Source of the DNA: Flavobacteriales bacterium
GTDB taxonomy: Bacteria > Bacteroidota > Bacteroidia > Flavobacteriales_F > PHOS-HE28
Direction of reading: 5' to 3'
NCBI GenBank assembly: GCA_020635715.1
Contig: JACJZG010000008.1
Coordinates: forward strand, 91,553-155,552
DNA: 64,000 nt
In this document: piece after piece, positions 29,141-38,466 of the stretch
Layout: every line of letters begins with the position of its first letter
How positions within the stretch are numbered: position 1 is the stretch's first letter
The notes under the pieces: model-generated
Databases searched by the model: none
What the model was told of the DNA's origin: nothing
The model's input: only the letters and a program-made list of their open reading frames with translations
Made by a program: the position numbers and the translations under genes

Positions 29141-30115
29141 ATGCTCGTTCAGCTCTTCCGCAGCAACCGCCCCGGAGTCCTGCTATTGCTGCTGCTGCTG
29201 GTGCCGGCGCTGTTCTGGCCCCATCTGCTGGCCGCCGCACCCGATCTCTCCACCGGCATGCCGCTCGCGCGCCTCTTCGGCTGGTTATTCGGGCTGGGCC
29301 GCTGGGTGCACGGGGCGGTGGTCCTGGCCCTCGTGGCGATCCTGGCCATCCAGGTAACGGTGCTGATGAACGAGACGGAATTGGCCGTGCGGCGCAACCA
29401 CCTGCCCGGCCTTCTGGTGCCATTGGCCGTGGCCCTGGCCATATCGCCCGGCGCGGCAGGCGCGGCATTCCTGGGCACCCCCTTCGTGATCTGGGCCATG
29501 CACCGCACCTGGAGCATCTCCAGCGGTGGCAAGGCCTTGGGTGCGCTCTTCGACGCCGGGATCCTCATCGGGCTGGCCGCCTTGTGCTACATGCCCTACG
29601 CCTTCCTGCTGGTGGTGGTCTGGGCGTCGGTGTCGGTGATCCGACCGTTCCAATGGCGTGAGTACCTCGTGCCTTTCCTGGGTGTGGTGGTCTCCTTCTA
29701 CCTGGCCTGGGGCGTGCACCACCTCCTGGATACCCCCTCCTGGGATCCCCTGCGCACGGTGGCCGCTTCCACCATCGGGCCGGGCCGGACCCCTGATGGT
29801 TACGGTTGGACGGTGGGCCTCGTCCTGGTCCCCTTGATGTTCATCTCAATGCTCCGCTTCACGGAGTATTACGGCCGCGGTGTCGTGCGGGAGCAGAACA
29901 TCCGGAGCGCTTTCATCGCCCTGGTGCTGACGCTGGTGCTCCTGGCTGTGCTGGTCCAGTTGATCACCGGGCTCTTTCCCGTGGCTGTGGTGGCCATTCC
30001 GGGCGCCGTGCTGGCGACCTTCGCCTTCCTGGGCACGCGCCGGGCGTGGGTGGGCGAGGCCACGGTACTCTGCCTGCTCGTTCTGGCCATCTGGTCGCAG
30101 TACACGGGGTCCTGA
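29141..30115 (+). CDS. Polytopic membrane protein, unknown function
   Basis: 324 aa with about 8 hydrophobic segments. It lies between purD and purQ. Confidence 0.7.
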   Translation: MLVQLFRSNRPGVLLLLLLLVPALFWPHLLAAAPDLSTGMPLARLFGWLFGLGRWVHGAVVLALVAILAIQVTVLMNETELAVRRNHLPGLLVPLAVALAISPGAAGAAFLGTPFVIWAMHRTWSISSGGKALGALFDAGILIGLAALCYMPYAFLLVVVWASVSVIRPFQWREYLVPFLGVVVSFYLAWGVHHLLDTPSWDPLRTVAASTIGPGRTPDGYGWTVGLVLVPLMFISMLRFTEYYGRGVVREQNIRSAFIALVLTLVLLAVLVQLITGLFPVAVVAIPGAVLATFAFLGTRRAWVGEATVLCLLVLAIWSQYTGS

Positions 30116-30125
30116 CCGCACCGTG

Positions 30126-30133
30126 TACCTTCG
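30126..30133 (+). promoter_or_regulatory. Candidate -7 box TACCTTCG upstream of purQ
   Basis: Same octamer as upstream of lepA and leuS, ending 39 nt before the ATG at 30172. Confidence 0.35.
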
Positions 30134-30171
30134 CGCCGCGCGCGGGACATCACACCGCCGTACCCAACGCG

Positions 30172-30867
30172 ATGAAATTCGGCGTCGTCACCTTCCCGGG
30201 ATCCAACTGCGACGAGGACATGATCCATGTGCTCGGCACCCTGCTCGGCCAGCCCGTGGAACGGCTCTGGCACAAGGAGCACGACCTGAAGGGGGTGGAC
30301 ATGGTGGTGCTGCCCGGGGGCTTCTCGTACGGCGATTACCTCCGCAGCGGTGCCATCGCACGCTTCTCCCCGATCATGCAGGAAGTCGTGGCGCATGCGA
30401 AGAAGGGTGGCCTGGTCTTTGGCGTTTGCAATGGTTTCCAGGTGCTGTGTGAAGCTGGGCTCGTTCCCGGAGCATTGCTGCACAACGAGGGGCAGAAGTT
30501 CGTGGCACGGAACACCTGGATCAAGCCGGCCACCCGACGGACCGCGCTCACAAGCCTCGTTCCGGACAAGGCGCTGAAGATCCCGATCGCGCATGGTGAA
30601 GGGCGTTACCACGCTGACGCGAACACCCTGAAGGCGTTGAAGGACAACGACCAGGTGCTCTTCCGTTATTGCGATGCGGAGGGGCGGATCACCGATGAGG
30701 CGAACCCCAACGGGAGCAAGGAGAACATCGCCGGTGTGTGCAACAAGGAGCGCAATGTCTTCGGCATGATGCCGCACCCGGAGCGGGCTGCGGATGAGCG
30801 ACTCGGGAACACCGACGGACGTTCGCTCTTCGATTCGCTGTTGAAGGCGGCCTTGACGACCGCCTAA
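30172..30867 (+). CDS. purQ: Phosphoribosylformylglycinamidine synthase subunit PurQ (glutaminase)
   Basis: ORF 29806..30867 trimmed to [17 protein letters not shown]. Nucleophile elbow GVCNGFQ and MPHPER. Confidence 0.95.
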   Translation: MKFGVVTFPGSNCDEDMIHVLGTLLGQPVERLWHKEHDLKGVDMVVLPGGFSYGDYLRSGAIARFSPIMQEVVAHAKKGGLVFGVCNGFQVLCEAGLVPGALLHNEGQKFVARNTWIKPATRRTALTSLVPDKALKIPIAHGEGRYHADANTLKALKDNDQVLFRYCDAEGRITDEANPNGSKENIAGVCNKERNVFGMMPHPERAADERLGNTDGRSLFDSLLKAALTTA

Positions 30868-32945
30868 GGGACCAAGCGACGAAGGATCGGCGCGACCCGT
30901 TTGGTGCGCTCCGGTTCCAAGGTGATCGAGGTGTCGTTCCCGTCGGCACCCTTCCATCCATCCAGCTCAACGCCCTCCGCAGGCGTGAATTCCATGTGCA
31001 ACGTGATGCCTTGGAAACAGATGATCTCCTGTGTTCCCGATGGCAGCGGCATCCCTTCGATGTTCAGTGATCCTTGGTCCTCCGCAGGGACCTGAACGCT
31101 GACCCGCCGGACCTTCCGGCCTGTGGCCTGGCCGAGGTAGGTGCTCAGGTATCCGGGTCGTTGGCCGATGAATTCGTTCATCCACTGCTCGGACTCGGAA
31201 GGTGAGGGGCGTGGCATCTCATCGTTCCACCGCGCGTGATCGGCCTCCAGCCACCCACGATCCACCGCGACCAGGCTGTCGAGCAGGGCATGGCCGGTCA
31301 CTGGTGAAAGCACCGTGGAGAGCAAGGCGCTCATGCGCGCCAGCAGCATCGGCTCCAGTTCCTTGTGGGCGAGCAGCTGGGGGATGTACGGTGTTTCCGC
31401 CCCAACGCCCGAGGCCATGCGTTCCACGCTGTTCTCGCTGTACGGTGCCCAGAGGTCCATGTCGAAGAGCACCCATCGCCACCGGCCTTCCGGCACGCGC
31501 GGACGGTAGAGGCGGACGTTGAGGTCGTGGTCGGCGCGGCCGGTCCAGAGGTCCAGGCAGGCGAGGTCGATCAGGTTGGCCACATCGATGTGACGTTCCA
31601 GGGTGTCTATTGGCGCAAGTGCCATCAGATGTGCGATGGCCGGCCCGAAGGAGGCATCACTGCCGGAGAGCACCCGTGCGGCAGGACCTTCCAACACATG
31701 CACCGCGCCAGCATCGCTGATCCGCTCCAGCCATTGCCTGTCCTTGGGGGGCATCCAGCGGTACAGGCCCCAGTATTCGCCATTCAAGTACAGCGGCATC
31801 GGTCGCGACGGTTGAACATCCACGTGCAGGCCGTTCCGGAGGATGGTGAGTTCCACGAAGCGATTGCGGAGATAGGTGTGTGCGCCGGCATCGGCACGCA
31901 GGATGCCCTCCTGGAAAAGCTCCTTCTCGTTCAAGCGGAGACCCTGCGCCGGACTATCGTATCGGTCACGTGCATGCAGTTTGAACGAACGCTTCGGCAG
32001 GCTGCGCGATCCGCTGCCATGGATACTGAGGCCGATGGGAACGGGTGCATCCGGCGATCCGTTGAACTTCACCATGGCCAGGCGCTCCCACGAACGACCG
32101 CGGCGGCTGAAGTTCGCGTGCACCCCCTCCACATTGATGCCGACGCTGTCATCGGAGAGCAAGGACCCATCCATGGCGATGGTGATGCCCTCCGCCGGCG
32201 CATCGCCGCGATGGAAGGTGGAGCAGAACTCCTTGCTGGGCAGCCGACCATCCACGAAGGCGCGCGCACGAATGACCATGTCGCGGTCCACCTCGATGGG
32301 ATGGTCGTAGCGCAGGCCATGTTCCGCCGTGGGTTCGGTGCCGTCGGTGGTGTAGCGGATCACAGCGTCCTGATCGGCGTTCAACGCTAGGATCGTCCTC
32401 GAGTCGAGCAGGGCGAGCGTGGTATCCACGAACGGTGTAGCCGTGCGGCCATGCACCGGTCGCAACCCCGCGTTCGGCGATCCGGGCGTGGCTTCCGTGA
32501 AGAAGCTCCACTGTTCGCGGTCGCCATCCGTCAAGCGTCCCACGCTCAGGTCGCCAGCCATCGCCGGGTAGGTGAAGACGTCCTGGACGGTGAGCCCATC
32601 CGCGGCGATCAGCAAGAGCGTACCTCCCTTCCGGGGAAGGGTGAAGCCGGCATGGTCGGGACCACGGTCCGGCTCGCCATCGAACCAGATGATCCGATGT
32701 GCATGTGGTGCTATCCGGAGCGGCCCCTTCAGTACATGGGTGCGCCCGACCACCGCGAAACGCATTCCGGCGATATCGATCTCCTGTTCGGTCGGGTTGA
32801 ACAGCTCCACCCAGTCGGGCGTACTGCCGTCCTCCGCGATGTGGGTATGCCGGTTGGCAGCCTGAAGCTCGTTGATCAGCACGCCGTCCTGTGCGGATGC
32901 GGCGAACGCGATCGTACACAGCAGGATGGTAGCGCCCTTCTTCAC
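30864..32945 (-). CDS. Secreted CotH kinase-family protein with N-terminal lamin-tail (LTD) domain
   Basis: GTG start, then KKGATILLCTIAFAASAQ as signal peptide. LTD-like VLINELQAAN...PDWVELFNPTEQEIDIAGMRF. CotH-like core YLRNRFVELTILRNGLHVDVQPSRPMPLYLNGEYWGLY. It overlaps the purQ stop by 4 nt in convergent orientation. Confidence 0.8.
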   Translation of the reverse strand: MKKGATILLCTIAFAASAQDGVLINELQAANRHTHIAEDGSTPDWVELFNPTEQEIDIAGMRFAVVGRTHVLKGPLRIAPHAHRIIWFDGEPDRGPDHAGFTLPRKGGTLLLIAADGLTVQDVFTYPAMAGDLSVGRLTDGDREQWSFFTEATPGSPNAGLRPVHGRTATPFVDTTLALLDSRTILALNADQDAVIRYTTDGTEPTAEHGLRYDHPIEVDRDMVIRARAFVDGRLPSKEFCSTFHRGDAPAEGITIAMDGSLLSDDSVGINVEGVHANFSRRGRSWERLAMVKFNGSPDAPVPIGLSIHGSGSRSLPKRSFKLHARDRYDSPAQGLRLNEKELFQEGILRADAGAHTYLRNRFVELTILRNGLHVDVQPSRPMPLYLNGEYWGLYRWMPPKDRQWLERISDAGAVHVLEGPAARVLSGSDASFGPAIAHLMALAPIDTLERHIDVANLIDLACLDLWTGRADHDLNVRLYRPRVPEGRWRWVLFDMDLWAPYSENSVERMASGVGAETPYIPQLLAHKELEPMLLARMSALLSTVLSPVTGHALLDSLVAVDRGWLEADHARWNDEMPRPSPSESEQWMNEFIGQRPGYLSTYLGQATGRKVRRVSVQVPAEDQGSLNIEGMPLPSGTQEIICFQGITLHMEFTPAEGVELDGWKGADGNDTSITLEPERTKRVAPILRRLVP

Positions 32946-32961
32946 CGGCCGAAATTAGGGC

Positions 32962-32982
32962 AATGCCCCCCTAAAGGGCATT
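32962..32982 (-). terminator. 7-bp palindromic hairpin overlapping the stop of the 47-aa ORF
   Basis: aatgccc-ccctaaa-gggcatt. It lies 17 nt upstream of the CotH start, so it could also be a 5' element of that gene. Confidence 0.3.
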
Positions 32983-33114
32983 CCGCGTCACATAGTAACG
33001 CCAGGCAACGATGGCCTTCTGCATCCCGTTCAACCGCAGCAGGTCCTTGTCCCAGAGCTTGGGCAGGAGCAGCTTGTTCAGACGTGCGAGCAGACGGAAG
33101 AATGAGCGGCGCAT
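32971..33114 (-). CDS. Small (47 aa) basic protein, not in the ORF track
   Basis: My translation is MRRSFFRLLARLNKLLLPKLWDKDLLRLNGMQKAIVAWRYYVTRNAL. The ATG lies 2 nt after the CDF transporter stop, and the composition is not shadow-like. Confidence 0.4.
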   Translation of the reverse strand: MRRSFFRLLARLNKLLLPKLWDKDLLRLNGMQKAIVAWRYYVTRNAL

Positions 33115-33116
33115 GA

Positions 33117-34037
33117 TCAATGGTGTTGCAGGCCGCAATCCTCACCGGCCCATTCCAGTTCGATGGTGGCGTGGTGGATACCCAGTGATGTGAGCACCTC
33201 GCGAGCAGTGGCCTTCAGGCGTAATGCGGCGGGGAGGTCCACATCGGCGACCACCAGATGCACCGTGTGGATGATGAGGCTGCCATCCAATGTCCAGGTG
33301 TGCTGGTCATGCAGGTCCTTCACGTGCGGGATCGCCATCAGCCGCGTCCGGACCTCCTGCATGTCCAGCGAACCCGGTGTGCGCTGCATGAGGATGCCCG
33401 TGCCCTTGCGGAGCGTCTGCAATGCGTTGAACAGGATGAAGCAGCTGATGCCGATGCTGAGCAGGGGATCGATGATGGTCCAGTTGGTGAAATGGATGAG
33501 CACACCGCCGACCAACACCGCCGCCCAGCCGAGGACGTCCTCCAACAAGTGCAGGTAGGCGCCGCGTTCGTTCAATGTTCCACCGCCGTGCAGCTTCCAC
33601 GCCGCGAAGCCGTTCATCACGAGGCCGAAGACCGCGATGCCGATCATGCCCACGGCGTTGGGCGTGGTGGGTTGCCAGAGCCGCGGTACCGTCACGACCA
33701 ACATGCCGATGGCACCGGCGATGAGCACCACGCTGGTCAACCAACCACCGAGCATGCTGTACCGGCCATATCCGTAGCTGTATTCCGCGTCGCGCCCCCT
33801 GGTTGCCACATGTTGCAGGTACCAGGCCGCCCCGAGCACGAGGCAGTCGCCCGCATCATGGAAGGCGTCGGTGAGCACAGCGATGCTCCCGGACCACCAG
33901 CCGCCGATGACCTCCACAAGCGTGAAGGCCAGGTTGATGAAGAAGGCCAGGGCCAGGGCGCGCGTGCTCGCAGCATGTACATGGCCGTGGCCATGGTGCT
34001 CATGTACGTGGTCGTGGTGGCCGTGGTCGTGCGCCAT
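33117..34037 (-). CDS. Cation diffusion facilitator (CDF) family metal efflux transporter
   Basis: His-rich N-terminus (HDHGHHDHVHEHHGHGH), six TM segments, and HDAGD/HLLED-type motifs. Confidence 0.92.
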   Translation of the reverse strand: MAHDHGHHDHVHEHHGHGHVHAASTRALALAFFINLAFTLVEVIGGWWSGSIAVLTDAFHDAGDCLVLGAAWYLQHVATRGRDAEYSYGYGRYSMLGGWLTSVVLIAGAIGMLVVTVPRLWQPTTPNAVGMIGIAVFGLVMNGFAAWKLHGGGTLNERGAYLHLLEDVLGWAAVLVGGVLIHFTNWTIIDPLLSIGISCFILFNALQTLRKGTGILMQRTPGSLDMQEVRTRLMAIPHVKDLHDQHTWTLDGSLIIHTVHLVVADVDLPAALRLKATAREVLTSLGIHHATIELEWAGEDCGLQHH

Positions 34038-34067
34038 CGCCAGCGAAGGTAGGAGGGGGCTTGTGCC

Positions 34068-36023
34068 TCACCCCACGATCACCCTTCCCGTCTTCTTCGC
34101 CAGGCGCTTCTTCGCCTCGGTGAGGTGCATGATCTCCTGCAACAGGGCCAGCATGCCCAGGTCATCGGCGCTCTTCAGCTCCTCCTGCCGGTCCTTGATC
34201 ATCCGGTCCACGCGGCGCTCCTTCAGGATGTCCACGGCTTCCTCCAGCGCGTCATAGAGCATTTCGTTCTCGCGCTTCACGTGGATCTTGTGCCGCTCCT
34301 TCCAGTTGGGGCTGAGCACGTGCTTCTCCGTCAGCAGGTCGATGGCGGTGGTGCGCCACGGTTCCTGTTCGTGCGTCACATAGCGTGTCCCTTCCACGGA
34401 TACACCGAGGTTGGTGCTGTGCCGATAGTCGAGGTACATCTCGCGGAAGATGGGCTCGTCGAAGAGGATGTCGTCCAGGGCGAGCAGCTCGAACATGAGT
34501 TCCGCCACGCTGGTCTCTTCCTCCACGGTGCTGCCATCGTCCTGTTGGAAGGGGACATTGATCCGTTCATGTCCGTAGCTCAACAGCATGCGCAACAGGT
34601 CACGCTCCTGTGGTGCGGTGCCGAGGTCCTCCAGGGTAGGCTGCGGCTGCGCGATCTCCGGCGCGAGGTGCTCCTCGGGTACGGGCTGGTCGCCCCCGAG
34701 CTTCTTGCGGTACTGCCGGCGCAGCACCTTGTTCATCTCGCTGATCAGCGCCTGTTCGTTGATCTGCAGGAGGCGGCTGCATTGCTGGATGTAGAGAGAC
34801 CGCAGCACGAGGTCCGGCACCAGGGCCACGCTCTCCACGATCTCGTGGATGGCCGCCGCCTTCTTCACGGGATCGTCGCCCACCTCCTGCATCAGGAGGT
34901 CGGCCTTGAAGACGAGGAAGTCCTGCGCCGTGGTGGTGAGGTGGGCGCTCACCTCACTGCTGCTGTGCTTGCGTGCGAAGCTGTCAGGGTCCTCGCCCTC
35001 GGGGAAGGTGACGACCTTCACGTTGAGCCCTTCCTTCAGCACGAGGTCGATGCCGCGCAGGCTCGCCTTCATGCCCGCCGCATCACCGTCGTACAGGATG
35101 GCCACGGTGGGCGCGTACCGTTTGATCAGGCGCACCTGCTCCTCGGTGAGGCTGGTGCCGCTGCTGGCCACCACGTTGCTGATCCCGGCCTGGTGCAGGC
35201 TGATCACATCGGTGTAGCCCTCCACGAGGTAGCAGAGGTTCTGCTCCACGATCGTCTTCTTGGCTTGGTACACTCCGTACAACGAGCGGCTCTTGTTGTA
35301 GAGCACGCTCTCCGGGCTGTTGAAATACTTGGGCAGCTTTTTATCGCTCTTGAGCGTGCGCGCGCCGAAGGCGATGGGTTGGCCACTGAGACCGAGGATG
35401 GGGAAGGTGACGCGCCCGGCGAAGAAGTCCCATGGCGTGCGTGCCTCATCGTCGCGGCGCTTGATCCAGCCGGCCTTCTCCAGCAGTTCCGGGTTGAAAC
35501 CGTTGGCGATGGCGGCCTGGGCGAACTGGCTGCCGAACTCCGGGACGTAGCCGAGCTGGAAGGCCTTGATGGTCGCGTCGGAGAAGCCGCGTTCGTGGAA
35601 GTAGGAGAGGCCGATGCGGCGGCCTTCATCCGTGTTCCACAGCTGCTCCACGCTCCAGTTGAGCGCCCATTGCTGGATCACGGCGAGCGCCTCCCGTTCG
35701 CTCTGTTCGATCTGCTGCTCGGGTGTCTGCTCCTCCTCCGGCAGGTCGATGTTGTACCGTTTCGCGAGCCACTTGATGGCCTCCACGTAGCTCAGGTGCT
35801 CGTGCTTCTGGAGGAAGGTGATGCTGTCACCAGCCTCGCCACAGCCGAAGCACTTGTAGATGCCCAGGTTCGGGCTTACATTGAAGCTCGGCGTCTTCTC
35901 GTTGTGGAAGGGACAGAGGCCGAGGAAGCGCGGTCCCTTCCGTTTCAGCGCCACGAACTCGCCCACCACCTCCTCTACGCGGGCGGCGTCCTTCACTTGC
36001 TGGATGGCGTGGGGGGCGATCAT
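34068..36023 (-). CDS. dnaG: DNA primase
   Basis: Zinc ribbon CPFHNEKTPSF...CFGCGEAGD. TOPRIM domain (VEGYTDV, YDGDAAG). Confidence 0.96.
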   Translation of the reverse strand: MIAPHAIQQVKDAARVEEVVGEFVALKRKGPRFLGLCPFHNEKTPSFNVSPNLGIYKCFGCGEAGDSITFLQKHEHLSYVEAIKWLAKRYNIDLPEEEQTPEQQIEQSEREALAVIQQWALNWSVEQLWNTDEGRRIGLSYFHERGFSDATIKAFQLGYVPEFGSQFAQAAIANGFNPELLEKAGWIKRRDDEARTPWDFFAGRVTFPILGLSGQPIAFGARTLKSDKKLPKYFNSPESVLYNKSRSLYGVYQAKKTIVEQNLCYLVEGYTDVISLHQAGISNVVASSGTSLTEEQVRLIKRYAPTVAILYDGDAAGMKASLRGIDLVLKEGLNVKVVTFPEGEDPDSFARKHSSSEVSAHLTTTAQDFLVFKADLLMQEVGDDPVKKAAAIHEIVESVALVPDLVLRSLYIQQCSRLLQINEQALISEMNKVLRRQYRKKLGGDQPVPEEHLAPEIAQPQPTLEDLGTAPQERDLLRMLLSYGHERINVPFQQDDGSTVEEETSVAELMFELLALDDILFDEPIFREMYLDYRHSTNLGVSVEGTRYVTHEQEPWRTTAIDLLTEKHVLSPNWKERHKIHVKRENEMLYDALEEAVDILKERRVDRMIKDRQEELKSADDLGMLALLQEIMHLTEAKKRLAKKTGRVIVG

Positions 36024-36227
36024 CGGGAGAGTGGCACCGGGCGGCGCGAACGGGGCGTGAATTTACCCGACCATGGCGGCTTTCCGGTCGATGTGCGAAA
36101 CTACGGGGAAGGCGGACCGATCGTGGAGAACCCGATCTGCGTAGTCGTGCTGGAGGCCTTGTCGCCCTAGGGTGTGCTTGGTGTTCGTTCCCCGGTCGAA
36201 GGGATCATCCACACGATATCGACGATC

Positions 36228-36641
36228 CTACCGGATCACCGCACCGGTGCTGTCGTACCGTACACGCTTCACCTCTTCGCCCAGCAGGCCGAAGAACACC
36301 CATTCCCCAACGGGTACTCCAGCCTGGTACTGACCGGTGTAGTACAGCTTACCACCGGGATGGAAGACTTCGGTGACCCCTTCTTCGAGGCCGTTCACGT
36401 AGGTCGATCGGCTCCACAGGCCCCCATCCGCTCGGTAGCTGATCCAGGAGCCCTCGCGCTTGCCGTCCCGCATCATGCCCTCCATGCGGCCGCCCTCCTT
36501 CAGATGCACCACCTGCGGACCGTTCAGTGGAGCAGGGGTGGCGGTGCTGTCCATGTTCGGTGCGGTGGTCCGCTGGTTCGGGCCATCACCACAGGCAACG
36601 AGCGTCGTAACGAGAAGAAGAACAGCGACCGGCTTCATCAT
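36228..36641 (-). CDS. Lipoprotein with MORN/YwqK-like repeats
   Basis: Lipobox LVAC. Repeats of the type G.W..Y...G (GSWISYRADGG, YYTGQYQAGVPVGEWVFF). The ATG overlaps the upstream stop (TGATG). Confidence 0.7.
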   Translation of the reverse strand: MMKPVAVLLLVTTLVACGDGPNQRTTAPNMDSTATPAPLNGPQVVHLKEGGRMEGMMRDGKREGSWISYRADGGLWSRSTYVNGLEEGVTEVFHPGGKLYYTGQYQAGVPVGEWVFFGLLGEEVKRVRYDSTGAVIR

Positions 36642-37615
36642 CACTTGGTGCGTTCAACGGTCAGGTGTACCAGGCCTTCCAGCGCGTTGCGGGCTTCGTT
36701 CCGTTCGAAGCCGTGCAGGATGGCCAGGGCCTTGTCCCGGTATTCATACATCCGCTGGCGGGCATGGGCGATGCCGCCCACCTCGCTCACCTTCCGCAGC
36801 AACCGCGCCACGGCGGCATCATCAGTGTTGTGGTTCTTCACCACGTCCACCATCCAGCGGCGGTCCCGCTCGTCCACGCTGCGCAACGCATGGATCAAGG
36901 GGAGCGTCAGTTTCTTCTCCTTGATGTCGAGGCCGGTGGGTTTGCCGGTGTCCTGCCCATTGCCGTAGTCGAAGAGGTCGTCCTTGATCTGGAAGGCGAT
37001 CCCCGTGAGCTCACCGAACTGCCGCATGCGTTCCACCTCGTCCGTCGGCCTCCCCGCCGCGTTGGTTCCCGAAGCACAGCAGGCCGCTATCAAACTGGCC
37101 GTCTTCTTGCGGATGATGTCGAAGTAGACCTCCTCGCTGAAGTTCATGTTGCGGCTCTTCTCCAACTGCAGCAGCTCCCCTTCGCTCATCTCGCGCACGG
37201 CGGTGCTCACGATCCGCAGCAGGTCGAACTCCCCCTTATCGACGGCCAGCAGCAAGCCACGGCTCAGCAGGTAGTCGCCCACGAGCACCGCGATCTTGTT
37301 CTTCCACAGCGCGTTGATGCTGAAGAAGCCGCGGCGCATGTCGGCGTCGTCCACCACGTCATCGTGTACGAGCGTAGCGGTGTGCAGCAGTTCGATGAGG
37401 CTGGCCGCGGTGAAGGCGCTGTCGCTCACCGGACCGAAGAGGCGCGCGCTCAACAGGGTGAACATGGGCCGCATCTGCTTGCCCTTGCGCTTCACGATGT
37501 AATGCATCACACGGTCGAGCAGGGCCACCTTGCTGCGCATGGCCTCGCGGAAGTGGGGCTCGAATGCCTTCATCTCCGCCTCGATGGGGCGCTGGATCTC
37601 GTCGAAATGGTGCAT
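36641..37615 (-). CDS. Polyprenyl diphosphate synthase (long-chain trans-prenyltransferase)
   Basis: Trimmed to MHHFDEIQRPIEAEMK. Two Asp-rich motifs, LVHDDVVDD and KDDLFD. Confidence 0.92.
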   Translation of the reverse strand: MHHFDEIQRPIEAEMKAFEPHFREAMRSKVALLDRVMHYIVKRKGKQMRPMFTLLSARLFGPVSDSAFTAASLIELLHTATLVHDDVVDDADMRRGFFSINALWKNKIAVLVGDYLLSRGLLLAVDKGEFDLLRIVSTAVREMSEGELLQLEKSRNMNFSEEVYFDIIRKKTASLIAACCASGTNAAGRPTDEVERMRQFGELTGIAFQIKDDLFDYGNGQDTGKPTGLDIKEKKLTLPLIHALRSVDERDRRWMVDVVKNHNTDDAAVARLLRKVSEVGGIAHARQRMYEYRDKALAILHGFERNEARNALEGLVHLTVERTK

Positions 37616-37717
37616 GGACCGGGACTCGTACCGGGAGCGCAAAGATGGGGATCGGTCAGGGCCGGGGCGCAACCTTTGCCCGTTCCGTCCGTCAAATGGA
37701 AGTGCCCGGCGCACTAC

Positions 37718-37725
37718 TACCTTCG
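37718..37725 (+). promoter_or_regulatory. Candidate -7 box TACCTTCG only 6 nt before the ATG (possible leaderless mRNA)
   Basis: The sequence is tacTACCTTCGtcacgcATG. The spacing is the same as the box before ftsX. Confidence 0.3.
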
Positions 37726-37731
37726 TCACGC

Positions 37732-38454
37732 ATGATCCAGAGGACCAATCGCCTGCGTTGGGGGCTTGCCAGCGCGCTCTCCCTGTTCGTGCTCGCCGGC
37801 TTCGCCCAGCCGGGCAAGACGAAGGTGGTCCTCTACAAGGACCGTGTGGCCGCCGCCTTCGACACCGTGGATTGCGTGAAGAACGTGATCAAGGCGAACC
37901 CCTTGCTCTTCTTCCGCGGCGAGATCCCGATCTACTACGAACGCGCCATCACCCATCGCTTGAGCCTGGAGGCCGGCGTTGGCGTCACGCTGCGGAACTA
38001 CCTCGCCCTGTCCTTCACCGGCGACGATGCCGACGACTTCGGGGCGGGCACCGAGATCATCCCGCGGCTCAGCTTCAATGCGGGTTTCCGTTACTACTTC
38101 GTGGACGACCTGGAGCCGCAGGGCGCCTATGGCCAGATCACCTTCGCCCACTTGAACTACACGAAGGATATCCGGATGAAGGGGCCGACCGGTGAATTGA
38201 CCGACCAGACCCTGCGCGACGACCGGACCTACAACGATGTGCGGCTCCTCTTCGGCTACCAGATGCTCGGAAGCAGCAGCAACTGGTTGTTCGATGTGTA
38301 CGGTGGTCCGGCCTTCCGCGACCGCTTCAACGTGAAGGTGGAGGAGCACCTCGATCTCACCGGTGAACGTCCGCAATGGGCGTACAACGTCACCGAGACG
38401 AAGGACCAGACCGTGGCCTTCTTCCTGGGCGTGAAGGTCGGCTACGGCTTCTGA
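37732..38454 (+). CDS. Outer-membrane beta-barrel-like protein, unknown function
   Basis: Trimmed to MIQRTNRLRWGLASALSLFVLAGFAQ. Ends in GVKVGYGF, a C-terminal aromatic beta-signal. Confidence 0.7.
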   Translation: MIQRTNRLRWGLASALSLFVLAGFAQPGKTKVVLYKDRVAAAFDTVDCVKNVIKANPLLFFRGEIPIYYERAITHRLSLEAGVGVTLRNYLALSFTGDDADDFGAGTEIIPRLSFNAGFRYYFVDDLEPQGAYGQITFAHLNYTKDIRMKGPTGELTDQTLRDDRTYNDVRLLFGYQMLGSSSNWLFDVYGGPAFRDRFNVKVEEHLDLTGERPQWAYNVTETKDQTVAFFLGVKVGYGF

Positions 38455-38466
38455 CCGGGAGAGCCT

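Noticed and set aside
34125-36170. Very long ORFs antisense to confidently identified genes. Examples: 34125..36170 opposite dnaG, 13464..15017 opposite the CHASE3 kinase, 15634..17034 opposite the anti-sigma gene, 21558..23156 opposite the carboxyltransferase, 44440..46404 opposite leuS, and 52776..54035 opposite ispG.
   Set aside because: Their translations are Arg/Ala/Gly/His/Pro-rich and low in complexity, which is typical of shadow frames in high-G+C DNA. The opposite strand carries unmistakable conserved motifs in every case.
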